Below are positions 10,667-21,250 of a stretch of 40,524 nt of DNA, piece by piece (position 1 is the stretch's first letter; each line of letters begins with the position of its first letter). Position numbers and translations under genes: made by a program. A model generated the notes under the pieces. The model did not search any database, was not told the DNA's origin, and was given only the letters and a program-made list of their open reading frames with translations. Source of the stretch: Emiliania huxleyi CCMP1516 (lineage: Eukaryota); the NCBI RefSeq assembly GCF_000372725.1, contig NW_005202428.1, positions 377,669 to 418,192 of the forward strand. Reading direction: 5' to 3'.

Positions 10667-11221
10667 CTAGGTATACCTGAGCAGATTGTGCCGCACCTCG
10701 GGCAGATAAGAGAGGAACGAAGCTCTGAGGGGTACCGCGGGGGGTCCGCGCTGCTCTCGAATCTTGGCGCGTGTGTCTTCAGACTTGGTCCAGCCAAAGT
10801 ACGAGAGGGCGGAGAGGAGGGCGAAGATGGCGACGTTCTTCTTCGACGGCGCGGAGCCCATGTAAGCGCGAATGCCGGCGACGGTCAGCATCGACAGGTT
10901 CAGGTAGATCATGGCCTCGAGGGTCTGCTTCACGCATCGCGGACCTTTGCAACGAGGGGCAGCGTAGCAGCGCAGGGCGACCATCATCTGCATTGCGCCG
11001 AGGTACTGGAACGCGCCTATCGTCGGCGACAAGAATGCCACCGCCTCCAAGCCGTACGACGCCATGAGCTTGTTCGTGGCGAAGAGCATCATCGTCCCGT
11101 AGAAAGCGCTCGTCACACCATTGGCAGCGACCGCCGCCTCGGGCAGGCTCATGGCGCCGCCACGAAGCGCAAGCGCCGGAGCGAGCGCCGGACGCGGCGC
11201 GGGCTTCACGATCTTCTTGGC
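10667..11221 (-). CDS. Small multi-pass membrane protein with an ALALRGG motif; 5' end missing or in an upstream exon
   Basis: About 4 hydrophobic segments follow AKKIVKPAPRPALAPALALRGG. An in-frame TAG (possible splice acceptor) lies directly upstream, and there is no ATG before the LRGG motif. Confidence 0.55.
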   Translation of the reverse strand, partial: AKKIVKPAPRPALAPALALRGGAMSLPEAAVAANGVTSAFYGTMMLFATNKLMASYGLEAVAFLSPTIGAFQYLGAMQMMVALRCYAAPRCKGPRCVKQTLEAMIYLNLSMLTVAGIRAYMGSAPSKKNVAIFALLSALSYFGWTKSEDTRAKIREQRGPPAVPLRASFLSYLPEVRHNLLRYT

Positions 11222-11408
11222 CTACTAATTTTTTGATTTCAAATCGCGTGTGACTGAGTGTTTGCCCCCTATGTTGTTGGCAAGAGTGTTGTGAGTCTTC
11301 TCGCGTGCGCGCGTGACAAGCGGCAACTGGCGCCAAGAAAAAGGCTGCGTGAGCCACCAAGCATGGAGGCAGGGGCGCAAAACTCCGTGCACTGACGGTC
11401 CGCCGTCA

Positions 11409-11462
11409 GAAAACACGCCTGCGTGGATCGCGTCACACCAATCCTCGCTACCCAACGCGGCC
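11409..11462 (+). repeat. Dispersed repeat copy A' (matches 3243-3296)
   Basis: Near-identical match of about 54 nt. Confidence 0.9.
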
Positions 11463-11698
11463 AAAGGATATCCACCTCGAGAACCAAAGTGCAGTTGGCA
11501 CATGCCCAGGGCCGGGGAGCTAAGAAGCGCACCCAGTGGGAAGACCGCGAGCGGTTGGGGTGGCATGAAGGAATGTCGCTGCGAGAGTTGGCGAGAGAAT
11601 TCGAACTGACCGAAAAAAGAAATCGGCCGTGCTGAAAAGTTGCACCCCCCTCGGTCCTCCGTCGGCTCGCTGACACTGGAGGCTTTCCAAGTGGCACG

Positions 11699-12916
11699 AT
11701 GCGGTGTGTAATCGGGCTGTTCATCGCGCTCTTGCCACCGTCCGGAGCCTTCGCCCCTCACAATGTGACGGCGTGCGACGGCCACGCCTATCATCCAGGG
11801 CCAGCGACAGCACGCGGGCGCTTGCTCACCGATCCAAACCAGGGGTGCCAGCCTTGGAGCCGCGACTGGGAAACAACCTCCACCTTCATCTCCCAGGCTG
11901 CGCTCGAGGCGGGCAGGCAGTCAGTCAAGCTGATGTACGCCGCCTACCTTTTCGAGTACAGCGAGAAAGCAACGGTCGGGATACATGCGGAAGCGGCTCA
12001 AGCCAAGCAGACCTTGATCGAGAATGGTGCCGTGGCGTACCGTGAGGTCGACGAAGGGGAGGGGCCACAGGGCTTCTTCGGCCCGTGGTATGACGACGGC
12101 AGCCTGACCGGCACTCCGCAGAAAATCTACGTGCTGGGCTTCGCAGGCTCAAACGACAAGAAGGATTGGAGCTATGCCAACGCGGGTTCCTGGTGCGCGA
12201 AGGGCATCGATCTCGGTCGACGCGGCCGGATGTTCGGCGCCGCGGCCGGGTTCGTCGACTTTTATGTTGAAGTCATGGATGGCAAGGGTGGGAAGCCCGG
12301 GCTGCGTCAGGCTATTGATGCCGTGGCGGACTCCTTCGCCAACACGCCAGTTGTGGTGGTGGGACACTCGATGGGCGGAGCCCTTGGCGCCCTCGGCGCC
12401 ACGGAGATGGCACTGCGCTACAATGCAGCAGTGCTGCTTCGCACAGCAGGCGCTCCCCGCGTCTTCCAGAAGTGGGGCGAGAAATACGGCAACTCGGCCA
12501 GGGATGTGCAGCAGGGATGGAATGACGACGGCAGCTGGAGTGGTCCGCCAGGCAGTCACCCTGAGGTCTTTCTTTGGACAGGGCCCGACCAGCACAGCAG
12601 CGATCGATACTCGGATCACCCCCGCGACTACGGACTGCGTGTGCCTCCCAATGGTTACGTCCGCACCCAGCGCTGGGTCAACTACAATGACAACGTGCCA
12701 TCTGTGCCGCCATGCAACACTGGGTGGTTCCACGTCGGCGACGGCGGCTACCTCCTGCTCGATCCCGTCGGCTGGCTGTCCCTCTACGGATGGGCCCAAC
12801 ACCAAGACTACACCCCTTACGCCGGCGGCCTACCGTATGCGAACCACCCACTCGGCAAGTACTGGGACCGACTGAGCACCGCGAAGCGCAACTGTGCGAC
12901 GTACAACCGGTGCTAA
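11699..12916 (+). CDS. Secreted class-3 lipase (alpha/beta hydrolase), intronless
   Basis: Signal-peptide-like N-terminus, LGFAGS oxyanion strand, VVVVGHSMGGALG nucleophile elbow, TAGAPRV, RWVNYNDNVPSVPP, WFHVG, and a late His (NHPLGKY). Confidence 0.9.
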   Translation: MRCVIGLFIALLPPSGAFAPHNVTACDGHAYHPGPATARGRLLTDPNQGCQPWSRDWETTSTFISQAALEAGRQSVKLMYAAYLFEYSEKATVGIHAEAAQAKQTLIENGAVAYREVDEGEGPQGFFGPWYDDGSLTGTPQKIYVLGFAGSNDKKDWSYANAGSWCAKGIDLGRRGRMFGAAAGFVDFYVEVMDGKGGKPGLRQAIDAVADSFANTPVVVVGHSMGGALGALGATEMALRYNAAVLLRTAGAPRVFQKWGEKYGNSARDVQQGWNDDGSWSGPPGSHPEVFLWTGPDQHSSDRYSDHPRDYGLRVPPNGYVRTQRWVNYNDNVPSVPPCNTGWFHVGDGGYLLLDPVGWLSLYGWAQHQDYTPYAGGLPYANHPLGKYWDRLSTAKRNCATYNRC

Positions 12917-13331
12917 GGTAAGGTAAACGAGGAAACTTCTCCTGACACACGCGTGGGGCAAGGGAGGCGATCCTCGCGTCTCCACGTCTAGACGACAGGA
13001 ACCGGTGCTGAACAGGAGGGGCATGGATGGTGTTAGGTTTAGTGGACGGCGCCGGGCATCGGAGCCAACGCTGGCAGTCCTCCTCGAAATCGCCCACGAA
13101 AGACGGGCCCTAGCTAGACAGCCTTGTCTAAGCCCACGAAAGGCGGGCCGTGTTCTAGTTCTGTAATCATTGTGAGACCTGCGCTCAAAGACGGGCCCTC
13201 GCGTACGAGACCGACATAGGAAATCCCGAAACATACGTACAGAGCGTTGCGATTCTCTCACAGTTTGCGCGTATACCAATATTCAGGCGTTTCACTTTCA
13301 GCTGACATGATGCCACAAAACCTAGCACTTA

Positions 13332-14645
13332 CTAGAACTCTGCGGCCCTGGTCTCTGCGCGGCGGCCTGCACCCCTAGCCCCCTCCCCCTCCTGCACCAG
13401 CACACGGGTCCGCGACAGCACCTCGGCTCGCGCCGCCCCGACCCACCGGCCCGCGGCAGCGGCGTCCTCCGGCGCCCACGCGTCGGCGGCGCAAAACGCG
13501 GCGCCGACGGCCGAGGCCGTGGCCGCCGCGGCGACCGGCTCCGCCCCCGCCGCGAGCTGCGCCGTCAGCGCGCCTGCGTACGCGTTGCCCGCGCCGGTGG
13601 GGTCGGCCACGGCGTCGAGCCTGGCAGCCGGCACCGCGGCGAACCACTCGAAGTCACGCCGGCCGGCGTCGGCGAGCCAGTGGGCGAGGGGCGCGTGCGG
13701 CGCCGGCCGCGAGTAGAGGTAGGAGCCGTGCGCCCCGTCGCGGATCGCGAGGATCGCGCCGGGCTGCATCGCGAGCTCGTCAAACGCGTCCGCGGCGACG
13801 TCGAGCAAGGCGGTTGACGCGGCGTCATTCGCCGCCGATGGCCCCGCTGCGTCGAGGGAGCGGCGCAGCGCGGCTAGCGACGGCGGCGCGACGTCGTGGG
13901 CGGGGCGGAGCGCCACTCCCGCAGCCGCGGCGCCGCGAGCGCCTCGCTCTGCTCTGGCGACGCGGGCAATGCACACCGCGGCGGCCAAGTCCGGAGAGCA
14001 CACCGTCGCGATGCGTGTCACGGTGCGCAGCCCCGCGAGAGCGGCCGCGTCCACCTCGTGCAGGATCGGCTCGACACCGACGCACGGCAGGCTGCCGCCG
14101 CCCCCGCCGCCCCCGCCGCCCCCGCCGCTCCCGCCGCTCCCGCCGCTCCCGCGCCGAGCGGCCTCGCACGCGCGGAGAGTCGCCCGCACCTCCCCGGCGC
14201 CGCCTCCCTCGACAATCACGTGCAGCGCGTCGTACGCGGACTCGGCCATCGGCGGCTCCCACGCGCAGAGCTCATCCCAGCACTCCCACCCCACGGGCTC
14301 GAAGCGCATCTGTCCCGTCTCGTCGTCGTAGCTGATCTTCTCGCCCGGAGTGCTGGTTGCAGCATCGAGAGGCGTCACGCGAGAGGTGTTGACGCCGAAG
14401 TCGCACCGCAGAGGCGTGAGCAGCGAGTCGTCAAAGTCGAGGCCAACCGGCGCGAACAGGTCGATCTGCAGCGAGTCTCGGTCGCTGGTGAGGCGCGCTC
14501 CCGCAGCCGCCTGCACGCCACCACCACCCGGCCTGGTCCGTCCAGCAATTGTGTCAACGATGATCTTCGAGGCGATGCCCAGGCGAATGCACGCCACAGG
14601 AACAGCCTGCCAGAGAATGTGCGAGACGACCCTCGAGGGACGCAT
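13332..14645 (-). CDS. PfkB/ribokinase-family protein (MAK32-like)
   Basis: N-terminal IIVDTI...GGGGVQAAAGARL, PVGLDF, CSPD, IRDGAHGS and a C-terminal ADPTGAGNAYAGAL anion-hole motif. Confidence 0.8.
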   Translation of the reverse strand: MRPSRVVSHILWQAVPVACIRLGIASKIIVDTIAGRTRPGGGGVQAAAGARLTSDRDSLQIDLFAPVGLDFDDSLLTPLRCDFGVNTSRVTPLDAATSTPGEKISYDDETGQMRFEPVGWECWDELCAWEPPMAESAYDALHVIVEGGGAGEVRATLRACEAARRGSGGSGGSGGGGGGGGGGGSLPCVGVEPILHEVDAAALAGLRTVTRIATVCSPDLAAAVCIARVARAERGARGAAAAGVALRPAHDVAPPSLAALRRSLDAAGPSAANDAASTALLDVAADAFDELAMQPGAILAIRDGAHGSYLYSRPAPHAPLAHWLADAGRRDFEWFAAVPAARLDAVADPTGAGNAYAGALTAQLAAGAEPVAAAATASAVGAAFCAADAWAPEDAAAAGRWVGAARAEVLSRTRVLVQEGEGARGAGRRAETRAAEF

Positions 14646-16896
14646 TGCTCTTTCGATAGGCCCAATCTGCGAGACGACCCGCCACGTACTTCACTTGCGC
14701 TGCTGCCAGCCGTCTGAGCCAGCGTGTGCACCAACTGGGTTCGAGGTGTTTGGGGGTAGGGTAGGTGCTGCCCCCTACCCCTGATTTGGTGGCAAGGAGA
14801 TGGAGGTGCTGCTGTTTGGGCAGCAACATATGTACTGCTGAGCGGGGTGGGGCTCGGCAGTACACTGCGGAGGCGGCTTCGGACGACGTCTCGTACCTGT
14901 TCGCACCAGTGGAAGCTTAGCGATCTGGTCCCTACCTGTTCGACCCAGGCCGACCGCGGCCTGGAAGCCCTCTGCTGAGGGAGTGCGGGGATAGGAGGAA
15001 CGGGGTGCCCTTAGTCACAGCTTCCCCCTGGACATGTCCACGCTGGACGTCCCGGGACATGGCGATGGACGACCGGCCCTCGCGGGCCGGCGTGGGTGGG
15101 GCGGCGCGCGAGCCGCGCGCCTGCCCCGGGGGGGAGGACGCCTGCTGCGTCGCCTCCTTCCCTAAACCTGCCGACCAGTCCGCTTTTTGAGCAGGTGTGC
15201 CGCTGCGCGGCGCTCGCGCGGCGGCGGCGTGTGTGTGTGTGCGGGGGGGGGGGGGGGGGCCTGTGACCCCAAAGGGGTGCGTGTGTGTGGCAAACAACAA
15301 CAACAACAAGAAACAACTAAGCCCAGCCACCACCAGCCAGCGACGAAACAAAACAAAAGAACAACGAAAAGAAATCGCTCGGCCGCTCGGGTGGTGGGGG
15401 GGGGGGGCTGCTGTGTCGGGGATTTTTACCTTACCTACCTGCTACGCGCCGCTGACCTGTTGAGCACTGTGCTAAGATCCTCCTTCAGTGGCCCACCAGC
15501 CTGAGCGCCTCGGTTCCAAGGCGGTGAAGCTCTTCTGTCGCCGGCAACATGCTGGTGCTTGGTGCTGGTATCGCAAGGGGTTGCAGGGCTGGCAGGTCGG
15601 CCACGTCCACCGTGGGGAGCGTGACCCTGCTCGCGCCATAGATGATCTTGTTGTGCGCCGTCACGTTTCTGCCCTTGTAAGGCTGCCCGCCCGACGGCCA
15701 TATGCCGTCTGGCTCTAGGGGCAAGCCAGTGTTAGGATTCGGCAAGTACATGAACGAAAGAGCTGCTGGTGATGTCTACCCCGATTTGGTGGTCGAATTT
15801 GGTGGCCAGCCTTGAAGATCCAGCAGTTGGACCACAGCCATGAGTTGAGGAAATCGGAGGACGCGCTCACGGCTCGGTCGGGCACCGTTGGACTCGGCGG
15901 CAGTTTCTAGAGCTCGTCCGAGTCACTGCGGCCCCCGTACAGCGAGGCCGTTCGACTCGAGGCGAGGGCCGCCGTCTAGGGGGAGCGGGCCTGTCTGAGT
16001 CTGCGCGCGACGCTCGCCCAAGGGCGGCCAAAGCAAATCTTTTTCGGTTCCGGCGCCCTCCCCACTCGGCAAATCGGTTCGTGAAGGGTCGGTGCGTGTC
16101 GTGACCCCCTGGAACACCCGTACCCCCGCACCATCTCCGTCGCTTGGTTCCATAACCTCTGCCACCACCGGAAGGCGGCCAGGGCTTCATAGACTCGGTC
16201 GAGAGACCCCAGATTGGCATCCATGCCTCTCTGGACAGGGTGGCCCGGCAAATCAGTACCGCACACTCTTCCAGCGAAATCCTCTTGCCTTCGTTCGTTA
16301 TTTCGCCTGTCCTGCAGCCGCCCGCGCCGATGGCCTCCCACCGCATCAACCGTTCAGGGAAACCAAAATACGCCAACCCCCCTCTCAAGGAACTCCGAAC
16401 GACGCCAGCCCTCTTGTGGCTTCGACGCACACGCTACTTCAGCCACAGAGTCTAGGACAGGTCCATTAAGACTTTTCAGTCGTGGGGGTGGCTTTTGTTA
16501 TTCCTTTCCGGTTTTATCATGATCGACCACAACCACGTCCGCCGTGGTTGCCACTACCACGTCCGCCGTGGTTACGTTCGACTCTATGAGTCGTGGTTCG
16601 ACTCTATGAGTCGCTGGTTCGATCATGAGTTGCCACAACCACGCCCGACGTGGTTGTGGTTGCCACGCCCGTTCCCCCCTGGTTCGTCAAGCGCCCGCCG
16701 TTCAAGTTCGGCGATTCACATTCATGGGGGAGCGGGAGGTGATTACCCCGTGTGTGGGTGTGAACAGGAATGTGCCACCCTGAGAACGAGCAGTGTTCTT
16801 CACCTTCCTACATACATACATACAGTCCAGGCTGTTCTGTTTTTTTCGGAGCTTTGTTGGGTGCCGACTGCCGTGCGTCCTGGTTTCGTGTGGATC

Positions 16897-16897
<1 letters not shown>

Positions 16898-16985
<88 letters not shown>
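16898..16985. repeat. (GA)n microsatellite
   Basis: Direct reading. Confidence 0.97.
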
Positions 16986-16990
<5 letters not shown>

Positions 16991-17296
16991 AAAAAGAGAG
17001 AGTTTTTGTGTGGTTTGGATCGTCGGGACGCGTTTTGTTTTCGGAAAACAAAAGATCATGAGTCAGCTGATGTGCGAGGTGCGTCTGCGCAACACTGCAC
17101 ACTCCACACATAAGTGTACGTGTCATCGTCAATGTGCACGAGCTTGTGCTTTGTGCGTATTCTCTATTCATACACGGCTCACGGGGGTCTCAGGCGGGTC
17201 TTTTTGTATTTTGTGCGCGCTGGGCGGAGAGAGGTACTAGCTGGGAGCGCTCAAGACCTGAGGTGGACAGAGCCGCCGCACCCGCGCCTAAGCCCA

Positions 17297-18511
17297 CTAC
17301 ATCAAGACTACGACAGAAGCGCGTCGCGCCGTCGCCATCGGCGCCACTGCCTCCCACACATTCTCGCCCGGGTCGTACCGCTCGACCGAGCTGAGGCGGT
17401 TGTGGCCGGCACCCTGTCCGCCCACCGCATACAGCTTGCCATCGAGCACCGCAACAGCGTGACGATACCGCGCCGCTGCCATCGGCGCCACCGCCTCCCA
17501 CGCGTTCGTGGCGGGATCGTACCGCTCGACCGAGCTGAGGACGCCGCCGTCGTCGCTGTACCCGCCAACAGCGTATAGCTTACCGTCGAGCACCGCCACC
17601 CCAGCCCCGAAGCGAGTCGTCCCCGTCGGCGCCACCGCTTCCCACGCATTGGCAGCCGGATCGTACCGCTCCACCGAGCTGAGGGAGTCGTCGTCGTCGT
17701 TCAAGCCGCCCACCGCATACAGCTTGCCATCGAGCACCGCCACGGCGTGAGCCTGCCGCGCCGTCGCCATCGGCACCACCTCCTCCCACGCATCCAACGC
17801 CGGGTCGTACCGCTCGACTGAGCTGAGGGCGCCGGCGCTGTGCCCTCCCACAGCATACAGCGAACCATCGAGATCCGCGACAGCGAGATCCTCCCGAGCC
17901 GTAGAGATCGGCGCCACCGCCTCCCACGCATTCTCCGCCGGGTCGTACCGCTCCACCGAGCTGAGACTGCGGTAGTCGTGCTCGCTATAGCCGCCCACAG
18001 CATACAGCTTGCCGTCGAGCACCGCCATGCCGGCTTCATTTCGTGCCGTCGGCATTGGCGCCACAGCCTCCTCCTCCCACTCATTCGTGGACGGGTCGTA
18101 CCGCTCAAGCTCGCCATCGTTGCTGCCGTGGCTGCCGAACACGAGCAGGCGCGGCCTCTCGCGCTTCTTCAGCGTCTCCTTCCAGCCGCGGCGCCACGCG
18201 CGGCACGTCCCCTTGACGGCGTGCTCCGTGGTCGGCAGCTGGGCGAGGATGTGCGGGGCGAGGTCCGGCGAGAGGAGGACCTCGGAGAGGATCCACTCGG
18301 GCTGCTCCACGAGCCGAGCGGCGTGCTCCTCCGCCACGCGCAGCGCGGCGGCGCTCGCGCCCGCCTGCGCCTCGATGATGGCGCACAGCTGCGCTGGCGA
18401 GAGGCCCGCGACGCGCGCGCCGATGCGGTGGGAGGCATACCGACAACCGGCTGCAGGATTTTCGCTCGCGAGGGTGTGCGGAAGTGAGACTTCTGACCAC
18501 ATATGCGCCAT
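17297..18511 (-). CDS. Kelch-repeat protein with F-box-like N-terminal region
   Basis: Six Kelch blades (AVLDGKLYAVGG...LSSVERYDP..NAWEAVAPM..AR) preceded by LLSPDLAPHILAQLP...VKGTCRAWRR. The true start is uncertain. Confidence 0.9.
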   Translation of the reverse strand: MAHMWSEVSLPHTLASENPAAGCRYASHRIGARVAGLSPAQLCAIIEAQAGASAAALRVAEEHAARLVEQPEWILSEVLLSPDLAPHILAQLPTTEHAVKGTCRAWRRGWKETLKKRERPRLLVFGSHGSNDGELERYDPSTNEWEEEAVAPMPTARNEAGMAVLDGKLYAVGGYSEHDYRSLSSVERYDPAENAWEAVAPISTAREDLAVADLDGSLYAVGGHSAGALSSVERYDPALDAWEEVVPMATARQAHAVAVLDGKLYAVGGLNDDDDSLSSVERYDPAANAWEAVAPTGTTRFGAGVAVLDGKLYAVGGYSDDGGVLSSVERYDPATNAWEAVAPMAAARYRHAVAVLDGKLYAVGGQGAGHNRLSSVERYDPGENVWEAVAPMATARRASVVVLM

Positions 18512-18833
18512 AAAAACGGAAGGGGGGTGGAGTACTCTCTGCTGCCGCGGCGCTCCTGCGGGCTGCCGCTACCTCCGGCGCGGACTGCGGTGCGGGCAGA
18601 CCGTTGCACGCTACGGCTGTCGACTCCCTAACTCGTAGCCCGGCAGAAGCGGCCCTGCGGGTCGTGCAAGCGAGGCGCCACCTCTAGGGCGCCGCAGCAT
18701 ACGCAGCGTACGATCTATACGACGACCTATACGAGGTAGCAGGAGCCGCAAGGGAACGGAGGTCGGCGTGAGTAAACATGCCACGCTCTCGTTCGGTGCA
18801 ATGCGCACAGGAACGCACCACCAGCAGACGCGA

Positions 18834-19080
18834 CTACCGACTCCGGACGCGGTCGTCCGACTCTCGCCTCAGCAGCTCGCCGAGCCCCTCCTTGGCGTCG
18901 CGCATCGACGGGGTCGGCTTGCGCCACGGCGCCGCGAGCGGGTCGAGGTCGCCGTACAGCTCCTTCTGGTTGGCCTCCGCGGGCACCAGGTCGCGGTTGG
19001 TGAAGCCGAGCTCGTCGCGCTCGTAGGTGGCGGGCCCGAAGCTGTCAAAGGGCGACTCGACGACGACGAGCGCGCGCCGT
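18834..19080 (-). pseudogene. Possible coding fragment of unknown function downstream of the ALDH stop
   Basis: Protein-like, GC3-rich reading (SPFDSFGPATYERDELGFTNRDLVPAEANQKELYGDLDP) with no clear start. Confidence 0.3.
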
Positions 19081-19132
19081 CCGCAGACGCGACAAACACA
19101 AAAATCAGACGCGCACCGCACCCGGCTCGACA

Positions 19133-20968
19133 CTACAAAGGGAAGGGCGCGTAGAGGTACTTTTCGTCGCAAAACGCTTTGAAGGCGAGCTTGCCACCAT
19201 TCTCCTTGCCGATGCCGCTCTCCTTGACGCCGCCGAACGGAGCGTCAATGTCAAGGCCGGACCCAAGGTGGTTATTGATCCAGATGCTGCCCGCCTGCGT
19301 GGGCGTCGGACGTTGAGTGTTGACGGCCCTCTCCCTACCCGCCCCCCCCCCCCTCTCCTCGGCCGCATCTCGCACGTCGCCTTGCCTGCAGGCGCGCCGC
19401 GACGCCGGCCGCCTCTGCCACGTTGGCGCCCCATACAGACGCGCCGAGGCCGTACTCCGAGTCGTTTGCGCGCTCGACCGCCTCGTCCACCGTCTCGTAC
19501 GACAGCACCGGTAGCGCGGGGCCAAATTGCTCCTCGCGCACGATGCGTGCTGTGTCGGGCAAGTCGGCGAGGATTGTTGGTGCGTAAAAGAAGCCCTGTG
19601 GAGCGGAAGGTGGCCGTACGCGCTCTCCTCCCGCAACCACGCGCGCGCCATCCGCCCTTGCGTCCTCCACCAGCTCCTGCGAAGAGAAATCAGGCTGGAT
19701 GTGGGTGGACGTGCACATCGTGGTCCACCTCTGCGAGGCACCTCGACACGGTCGCGCTGCATCGCATTGTTCAGTGGTCCGTAGACGGTGCCGGGCGTGA
19801 GGCCGTCGCCGAGCTGCTGCACCTTCTCTCGCGCCTCGGCGCCCAGTGCGGCCACCATCTCCTCGTACTGCGAGGCGTGGACGTAAAGCCGCTTGAGCGC
19901 GACACAGACCTGGCCGGTGTTGAACATCGCCTGCGGTACGCAGGCACGCTTCGCTCGTATCATACCCAGGTACCGCGTGTGTGTTGAAAGCCTACCTTTT
20001 GAAACAGCTGCGGCGCGAGCGCTGCGACGTCCGAGCCCGGCAACACGATGGCCGGATCGTTGCCCCCGAGCTCGAGCAGCACCTGCCGCCGAGATGACTT
20101 CCGGGATCATGACGAGACGCCGAGGCGTTTGCGCTGCCACAGCTGCGGCGCGGCGCCTTCTTGAGCGAAGGGCTCGCCGAGGCCATGATGCGCTTCCCGG
20201 TAGCACTGGAGCCGGTGAAGGTGACGGTGGCGACGTCGGGATGCTCGACGAGCACCGCGCCGACATCACTGCCTCCTGCGAGGATGTTGACCACGCCAGG
20301 CGGGAATGCCTCCATCGCAAGGTCCGAGAGCAGGAGCGTGGAGAGCGGCGTCATCGGCGACGGCTTGAGCACCACCGTATTGCCGCCCACCAGCGGGCAG
20401 AGCATCTTGTTGACGGCGATCGCGAGTGGAAAGTTCCAGGGGCAGATGGCGGCGACGACGCCCCGTGGCGCCCAGAGGCAGGTGCACCGCCCCTTTGTAT
20501 TCCTCTCGTACTCCTCTGGCACCAGCTCGTTGGCCGAGTCCGCGCATGCCTTTGCCTTGCCTATCGCCATCTTGACCTCGCCCACCGCAAAGGGCTTGAG
20601 TGGCTTGCCCTGCTCCTGCGACAGCGCAGCTGCGAGCCGCCCCTTGTCCCTCTCCAGCAGGGCAGCAAAGCTGATGAAGCAGGCGGCGCGCTTCGCAAAG
20701 GGCAGCGCAGCCCATCCGCCAAAGGCCGCCTTTGCGCAAGGCAGGCGTGCGTAGGTTCAGGCGCACAAGACACAACTGCTACGTTGTATGGCACTAGCGG
20801 GAGTATGCACACGACCTTGGCTGCCGCCACCGCGCTGTCGACGTCCGCCGCCGACGCATTCGGCACCCGCTCAAACTCCTGGCCGCTGGCAGGGTTGATG
20901 ACGGCAGCCGTGGTGCCGCCGTGCACGAGAGCACCATTGATGAGCATCGAGGGCCGCGATGAGGACAT
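19133..20968 (-). CDS. ALDH: NAD(P)-dependent aldehyde dehydrogenase; 6 exons
   Basis: Motifs INPASG, EQGKP, ICPWNFP, VLKPS, FTGSSATG, LELGGND, catalytic GQVC, EEQFGP, YGLGASVW and PFGGVKESGIG. Introns: 20815-20730 (GT), 20156-20083 (GC), 19995-19931 (GT), 19741-19677 (GT), 19385-19295 (GC). Confidence 0.95.
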
Positions 20969-21032
20969 CCTTCTGAAGACCCGCGTTGACGCGGCGCGGA
21001 AACGCATTGCGTCGACAGCTCTGTCTTGACCG

Positions 21033-21122
21033 CCACGGCCCACGCCACACTTGGACCAACCAGGGCTAGGGCCAGGGGGACGCGCGAAACCTCAGAGTCC
21101 ACGGCCCACGCCACTTGGACCA
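21033..21122. repeat. Direct repeat ccacggcccacgcca(ca)cttggacca x2 just upstream of ALDH
   Basis: Copies at about 21033-21058 and 21099-21122. Confidence 0.8.
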
Positions 21123-21250
21123 GCAAGCCCCGGGGGCGGGCGAACCTCGCGCTCGGCGTCGGAGAGTATATTTTTTGTGATTCTGTTCTGGGCCCCGTCG
21201 GGGAGGAGTCCTGCTCACGAAGGCTAAATCGTGCAGATGTCTAACCAAAT

